From the NCBI GenBank assembly GCA_963674945.2, contig CAXXWQ010000004.1:1248001-1312000 (forward strand): 64,000 nt of DNA. Direction: 5' to 3'. This document shows positions 58,612-64,000 of this stretch, in pieces. Under the pieces are notes generated by a model that searched no databases, had not been told where the DNA came from, and saw nothing but the letters and a program-made list of their open reading frames with translations. The position numbers and the translations under genes are program-made. Each line of letters starts with the position of its first letter. The stretch's first letter is position 1. This DNA comes from an uncultured Desulfosarcina sp. GTDB taxonomy: Bacteria > Desulfobacterota > Desulfobacteria > Desulfobacterales > Desulfosarcinaceae.

Positions 58612-61209
58612 TTACGTTGCGCAATCCATACGATGGGAAGACAGGCAACTGTTACGAATGGCTTCGATCAACGCGGCGCCGTGACAATCTTTGTTCTTGT
58701 AGGAAATCGCACCGGCATCGAGCATGGACTGGGCCTGGTCTTCGTCTTCATGCATGGAAAGGGCGATGATTCGGATATGGGGTGATTCGTTGTGGATGCG
58801 TTTCGTGGCCTCGATGCCATTGAGACCCGGCATGCTGATATCCATCAGAATAACATCTGGGGCAAGTCTCTTCGATAGAACAATCGCCTCGTTGCCATCG
58901 CAGGCCTGGCCGACGACACTCATATCGGCTTCCTTGTCGACGACCCGGGTAATTCCATCCCGGAAGAGGGAATGATCATCGACGATGAGCACGCGAATCA
59001 TTTTTTTCTCGGCCGTTTTTTGCTCTCCGGTGGCGGTTGTTCCGTTGGAGGCGGCTACTTCCGTATCGGATTCTTCCATGATGATATCATGGGGAATGAC
59101 AATGGTGAAACGACTGCCCGTTTTGGGAGAGCTGTCGATTTCAAATTTTCCTCCGATTAAATGGATTCGCTCACGAATGCTCAACAAACCAAAGCCTCTG
59201 TTGCACCCGTCTGCTCGGTCAACGCTGTCGGGGTCAAAGCCGATTCCCCTGTCGCTCACCACAATCCGATTATCATGTTCACGATTTTCGGTTATCGATA
59301 TGTAGGCGTTATCGACATTGGCGTGTTTAACAATGTTGAACAGCAATTCACGAATGGACTCGAAGACCAAAATTTTCACATCTTCGGGCAATTGAGGCGT
59401 AAACTCACTTTCGATGATGATCTTCAATCCATGTTTGTCCCGCATCCACCGCTTCAACCACTCCAGTCCGGCCAGCAGACCACCTTCGTATAGAACAGGC
59501 GGACTCAACTGGGCACTCAGGGAACGAGATATCTCTATGCTTTCAAAGATGACCTTTTCAGTTTCCGTCATCGACTCTTTTACATCTTTGTCTTCGACCC
59601 GGTCGATGAGGCCGTTCAACTGCAGTTTGGCGACGGCCAGGCATTGTTGCAGACCATCGTGCAGCACTTGAGAGAGCCGTTTTCTCTCTCGCTGTTCTGC
59701 CATTGTCAACTCACCCGCCAGAAATCTGAGCTGGGCAGCCCGCACGGTCAGCGTTTGATTTGCAATGGACAGATTTCTCTCCGCCGCTTTGCGCAATTCG
59801 ATCTCCGCTTCCAGACTATCGACCAGTTCTGCCAGGGTGGCTGTACGTGATTTAACCTTTTCTTCGAGTTCAATGTTGACATTGCGCAACGCCTCCTGAA
59901 CCTTGACCCGTTGAATGGCAAGTGCAACCTGGTCGGTGACAATTCGCATTACTTCGAGCTCGTCTTCTTTGAAATACTTTCGGGTACGAGTTCCAAAGGA
60001 AAGCGTGCCAATCAATTTGTCTTCGACGATCAGAGGATGGCAGCAATATGCTTGCACACCATAGGAGGCCACCAACTCGGTTCTGGCACCAGGAGTATTG
60101 AGTATGTCTTCTTCGACAATGGGCTGACGACTTTGAGCAACGGCGTGGCAAATGGCAGTTCCATTTTCGTATCGTTCAAACTTTTCGGTCTCATTCGACG
60201 ACACGCCGATCCAAGTATTAAGACGCAGTCGCCCCGTCTCATCGTCTATCAAAAAGTTGAAACATACATGGCAATCCAGATGTCTCATCACCAACCGGCA
60301 AAGATCATTGACGATGGTCCGGGGTTTTTTCGCAGCAAGCAGTCGCCCCGCCGTATCGGACAGCAGCTTGAAGCGAGCCTCACTGTCCTGGAGCACCTTT
60401 TTGCTTTGCATCAGGTCTCTGAACATCAGATCATAAGGTTTTGACAGCCCGGTTACGATCACTGATTTGTAAATACAGAAGAAAGATGCAATTTTGAGCA
60501 GGTGGCCTGCCATGTTGGAAAGGTCGTACACGCCGACATAGGTGGTGAAAGTCAATTCCGACGTGATTGTCAAGATAAAGGAAGCCAACAACCAACGCAG
60601 GACGGCGGAATCGAAAAGGGAACGCAAACGATAGACCCGGATCCCACCGATCACCAGGATCAGGCTGATGATGTATTCGCTGTAAATCTTAAACGGGGTT
60701 AAACCGATGGAATCTTCCAGAAAACAAACAGGAAATACGTGCCAATACAAGATGAACAGCAGCAGCAGCGCGGTTATTCCGCCATAGACGAATGCCACCA
60801 GACCTGGCCGAATATGCCGGTGAACCATGAAAGTTCCGACGAAAAGGGTTGCACTCTCCAGGTAACGTGCCGCGATCCATAGCTGAGTCGGCGTGTTGGC
60901 GTCCAAACCGAGAAGGACATTCATCCCCTCGTAGGTTAATGTATGCGTCAGATCCACACCACCAACGAACAGGTAGGCGATGCCGACGAACAACAGATAG
61001 TGATTTTCGATAAAACGCCTTGAATTCCAGGCCACCATGAAAATGCCGCATGCGATAATGATGGCAAAGAGTTCGGCCAGGATGTGAAACAACAGGTAGT
61101 TGTAACGGTATGCGGCGTACAACCCCAGTATCGCAATCAACGTCACGGCGGTGAGAACAAACCCGCTGTGCTTTCTATTTTCGTTGGCCGTGGTTCTTTC
61201 CAAAGTCAA
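58612..61209 (-). CDS. Hybrid sensor kinase: MASE3-like membrane domain, GAF, HisKA_3, HATPase, REC
   Basis: 'YLLFHILAELFAIII', GAF 'CCHPLIVEDKLIGTL', 'ERKRLSQVLHDGLQQ', 'ELLFNIVKHA', 'DRGIGFD', 'ILMDISMPGLNG'. Confidence 0.9.
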   Translation of the reverse strand: MTLERTTANENRKHSGFVLTAVTLIAILGLYAAYRYNYLLFHILAELFAIIIACGIFMVAWNSRRFIENHYLLFVGIAYLFVGGVDLTHTLTYEGMNVLLGLDANTPTQLWIAARYLESATLFVGTFMVHRHIRPGLVAFVYGGITALLLLFILYWHVFPVCFLEDSIGLTPFKIYSEYIISLILVIGGIRVYRLRSLFDSAVLRWLLASFILTITSELTFTTYVGVYDLSNMAGHLLKIASFFCIYKSVIVTGLSKPYDLMFRDLMQSKKVLQDSEARFKLLSDTAGRLLAAKKPRTIVNDLCRLVMRHLDCHVCFNFLIDDETGRLRLNTWIGVSSNETEKFERYENGTAICHAVAQSRQPIVEEDILNTPGARTELVASYGVQAYCCHPLIVEDKLIGTLSFGTRTRKYFKEDELEVMRIVTDQVALAIQRVKVQEALRNVNIELEEKVKSRTATLAELVDSLEAEIELRKAAERNLSIANQTLTVRAAQLRFLAGELTMAEQRERKRLSQVLHDGLQQCLAVAKLQLNGLIDRVEDKDVKESMTETEKVIFESIEISRSLSAQLSPPVLYEGGLLAGLEWLKRWMRDKHGLKIIIESEFTPQLPEDVKILVFESIRELLFNIVKHANVDNAYISITENREHDNRIVVSDRGIGFDPDSVDRADGCNRGFGLLSIRERIHLIGGKFEIDSSPKTGSRFTIVIPHDIIMEESDTEVAASNGTTATGEQKTAEKKMIRVLIVDDHSLFRDGITRVVDKEADMSVVGQACDGNEAIVLSKRLAPDVILMDISMPGLNGIEATKRIHNESPHIRIIALSMHEDEDQAQSMLDAGAISYKNKDCHGAALIEAIRNSCLSSHRMDCAT

Positions 61210-61626
61210 TCTTACCTGATTCGTGGTGCGGCGGAGTGTTTTTCATTTCAATCCACTATGACGAGCCCTGAAATGCCCCAATTTCTGAATTTGTTTATGC
61301 ATCAATCGTATATTCTGTTTATAAGGAGAGATATATCCAATCCAATGTATAGGTGGTCTCGATCAATGGTGCAAGGTCTAATTTTACCTTCTCAACCGAC
61401 TTCGCCGTCTTGTGTTGACACCTGAGATCATATTCTCCCCGCCGAATCGATCGCCTCACACCATCCTCCCGGCATCTGGACATCAGCGTAGGACACTGCC
61501 TGACACAAAATGCCAAGCCGGTCCTACATCATAATCGGAAACCGGCTTATACCCTGCCGTATTCAATTGACTTACATTTCAAACAAGAAAAACCGTATTC
61601 TCAACCAACTGAGAAAGGAGAAGGCC

Positions 61627-63108
61627 ATGAATAAGTACAAGAACAACCCATTTTTTTATCTATTGGCAATAATGATCGTTGCACTGACCATTGGATTGAT
61701 ACATGGGAAATCACCTTCAAGCCACATCGCCGTGGCCTCTGCAAGCAAGGATGAACATTTCACACCGGCAGCGACCGAGATATCGGCGTCCGGCTGGAAG
61801 ACCGCCATTACCCGTGTGGCACATGAAAATATCCCGGCAGTGGTTCACATCGACGTAACCCAGCGGCGGGAGGTTGCCAATCCAATGATGCCTTTCGGCA
61901 ACGACCCGTTTTTTCATTTCTTTTTCAACGGTCCCCAGCCACCCCAAAAATTCAAACAGGAATTGAGAGGCCTGGGAACCGGCATGCTCATCGACGACAC
62001 GGGAAATATTCTGACCAATAACCACGTGGTCGCCGGTGCCACCGAAATCAATGTCTTGCTGGCAGACGGCACCACTTTCCCGGCCACGTTGGTGGGCACG
62101 GACCCCAAGACCGATCTGGCGATAATCCGTATAAAGGCGGACAAGAAACTGCAGTGGGTGACCTTCGGTGATTCGGACCAGATGGAGGTCGGCGATTGGG
62201 TGGTGGCCATCGGTCATCCCCGCGGGCTGGACCAGACAGTCACCCAGGGAATCATCAGTGCCAAGCATCGGCGCGGCGTCCTCGACCCGACCTCATACCA
62301 GGACTATCTGCAAACCGATGCGGCAATCAACCCGGGCAACAGCGGTGGACCGCTGCTCAACCTGGACGGGCAGGTCGTGGGCGTCAACGCTGCCATCGCG
62401 ACCGACTCGGGCGGTTTCGAGGGAATCGGTTTTGCCATTCCAAGCAATATGGCCGTTCATGTGGCAAAGGCCCTGATCGACCACGGCAAGGTCATCCGCG
62501 GCTGGCTGGGTGTCAGCATTCGGGATCTTGCACCGGATCAGGTCAAAGCCCTGAAGCTTGAAAATAATAAAGGCGCATGGATCGCCGACGTGATTCCGGA
62601 AAGTCCGGCGGCGAAGGCGGGTTTGAAGAAAGGCGACCTAATTGTGGATTTTAAAGGCAAACCGGTTACGGATGCCGGCGCGTTGCAACGCATGGTGGGT
62701 GATACACCGGTCGGTCATACGGCGAACCTGAAAGTAATCAGGGACGGAAAAACCGTGGATTTGATGGTTGCGATCGGTAATATGGATGATGCCGTTCGCC
62801 GCATCGCCGCCTCCCTGGAGGATCGGATCGGCGCAGTGGTACGCCCCTTGAAGGCAGATGAGCGCGGCAAATATGGGCTCGAACCGGGCCAGGGTGTGGC
62901 CATTTCATCCCTGGACAAAAACGGTCCCCTGGAAACCGTCGGATTCGAGAAAAACGACGTGATTCTGAATGTCAACAACCTTCCCGTTAAAGGTGTCGAA
63001 GGATTCGTGGCGTTGATCAAGTCCCTGCCGCCCCATCAACAGGTCCTGTTCAAGGCCCTGGATCATCGGACCGGTCAGAGTGGATTTGTGCAGGTCACCA
63101 TCGGATAA
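61627..63108 (+). CDS. degQ: Do/DegQ family periplasmic serine protease with two PDZ domains
   Basis: 'LTNNHVV', 'DPKTDLA', '[15 protein letters not shown]'. RBS aaggag precedes ATG 61627. Confidence 0.9.
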   Translation: MNKYKNNPFFYLLAIMIVALTIGLIHGKSPSSHIAVASASKDEHFTPAATEISASGWKTAITRVAHENIPAVVHIDVTQRREVANPMMPFGNDPFFHFFFNGPQPPQKFKQELRGLGTGMLIDDTGNILTNNHVVAGATEINVLLADGTTFPATLVGTDPKTDLAIIRIKADKKLQWVTFGDSDQMEVGDWVVAIGHPRGLDQTVTQGIISAKHRRGVLDPTSYQDYLQTDAAINPGNSGGPLLNLDGQVVGVNAAIATDSGGFEGIGFAIPSNMAVHVAKALIDHGKVIRGWLGVSIRDLAPDQVKALKLENNKGAWIADVIPESPAAKAGLKKGDLIVDFKGKPVTDAGALQRMVGDTPVGHTANLKVIRDGKTVDLMVAIGNMDDAVRRIAASLEDRIGAVVRPLKADERGKYGLEPGQGVAISSLDKNGPLETVGFEKNDVILNVNNLPVKGVEGFVALIKSLPPHQQVLFKALDHRTGQSGFVQVTIG

Positions 63109-63182
63109 CGGCTCTCGCCTGCCGTGTTACTCTCTATCGTGAAAGTTATCGCCAATCCGTTCCGGCACCGGAGGAGGTCGGC

Positions 63183-64000
63183 ATGAAACAACAGCACAAG
63201 TTCTCCCTTGGTTATTCTCTGTTTGTCTTCTTCACGATCATTCTTATGGAATCGATCTTTTTCAGCGGCACGGCGGTCAAGGAAATTTCGTACAGTCGTT
63301 TTCGCAATCTGCTGGCCGACAACCGGATTCAAAGCGTCATCGTCGAATCGGACCGCATTTATGGTCTGGAAAAGGCTCCGGCATCGGCAAAGAGTAAGAC
63401 AGAGAAGGAATCCCCGGCATTTCAGCCACACCGTAAAAGAGCGCCATGGCACTTGAATTTCAGTCTGTCCAGGGATAAGACCGAACAGCGGGCCGAGCGC
63501 CAGTTCACGGCCATGCGCCTTGAGGACCCGACGCTGATTGCCGATCTTCAGGCGCATGGCGTGGACTATCGCGGAAAGATCGAATCCCACTGGTTGTCCA
63601 ATTTCATTTCCAACTGGATCCTGCCGATGGCGCTTCTCGTTTTTTTGGGTAGTTTTTTGGCCCGGCGCATGGGTAAGGGTGCCGCCGGCTTTTTGGACGT
63701 GGGAAAAAACAGGGCACGAATTTATGCCGTAGATCCTTCGCAAAAGGTCACGTTCGACGATGTCGCCGGCGTGGACGAAGCCGCCGAAGAGGTCAAAGAG
63801 GTGGTTTCATTTCTCGAAAATCCGGACCATTTTACCCGATTGGGGGCCAAACTGCCCAAGGGGATCTTATTGGTCGGCCCACCGGGAACGGGAAAAACGC
63901 TGTTGGCAAGAGCCGTTGCCGGAGAGGCCGGTGTGCCCTTCTTCAGCCTGAGTGGTTCGGATTTTGTGGAGATGTTTGTGGGCGTGGGTGCAGCGCGGGT
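63183..64000 (+). CDS. ftsH: ATP-dependent zinc metalloprotease FtsH (3' end outside window; absent from ORF track)
   Basis: From ATG 63183 (RBS ggaggagg): [11 protein letters not shown]...[12 protein letters not shown]...[48 protein letters not shown]. Confidence 0.95.
   Translation, partial: MKQQHKFSLGYSLFVFFTIILMESIFFSGTAVKEISYSRFRNLLADNRIQSVIVESDRIYGLEKAPASAKSKTEKESPAFQPHRKRAPWHLNFSLSRDKTEQRAERQFTAMRLEDPTLIADLQAHGVDYRGKIESHWLSNFISNWILPMALLVFLGSFLARRMGKGAAGFLDVGKNRARIYAVDPSQKVTFDDVAGVDEAAEEVKEVVSFLENPDHFTRLGAKLPKGILLVGPPGTGKTLLARAVAGEAGVPFFSLSGSDFVEMFVGVGAAR

Overview
The window looks like a chromosome segment of a sulfate-reducing deltaproteobacterium (Desulfobacterales/Desulfosarcina-like). 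This is inferred from gene content and repeat style and is not confirmed. 1-31.9 kb is mostly housekeeping: recO (partial), a GHMP kinase, glyQS, a nucleoside phosphorylase, an NAD-dependent DNA ligase, a heterodimeric ABC exporter, fhs, a CheX-CheX-FliN fusion, coaE, an HD-GYP protein, prfC, ndk, trmJ, a ModF-like ATPase, feoAB and an ArsR-regulated metal permease. An intact IS1380-family element with a 6-bp target duplication sits downstream of feoB. 31.9-37.9 kb is an AT-rich, decayed accessory patch with pseudogenes, an IS5 end and eroded attC-like sites. 37.9-52.5 kb is a complete complex I (nuo) operon with a NuoB-C-D fusion. It is followed by two-component genes, a UPF0182 protein, an aldehyde dehydrogenase, degQ and ftsH (partial). 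Signals the ORF track misses: (i) two in-frame UGA codons with SECIS-like hairpins, one in a HesB/IscA-like selenoprotein and one giving a probable C-terminal Sec-Gly-Cys tail on the metal permease; (ii) a dispersed 110-150 bp palindromic element whose copies show compensatory base changes, with the IS1380 inserted in the centre of an adjoining palindrome; (iii) several intergenic inverted repeats built from 7-9-nt units; (iv) integron-cassette remnants without an integrase.
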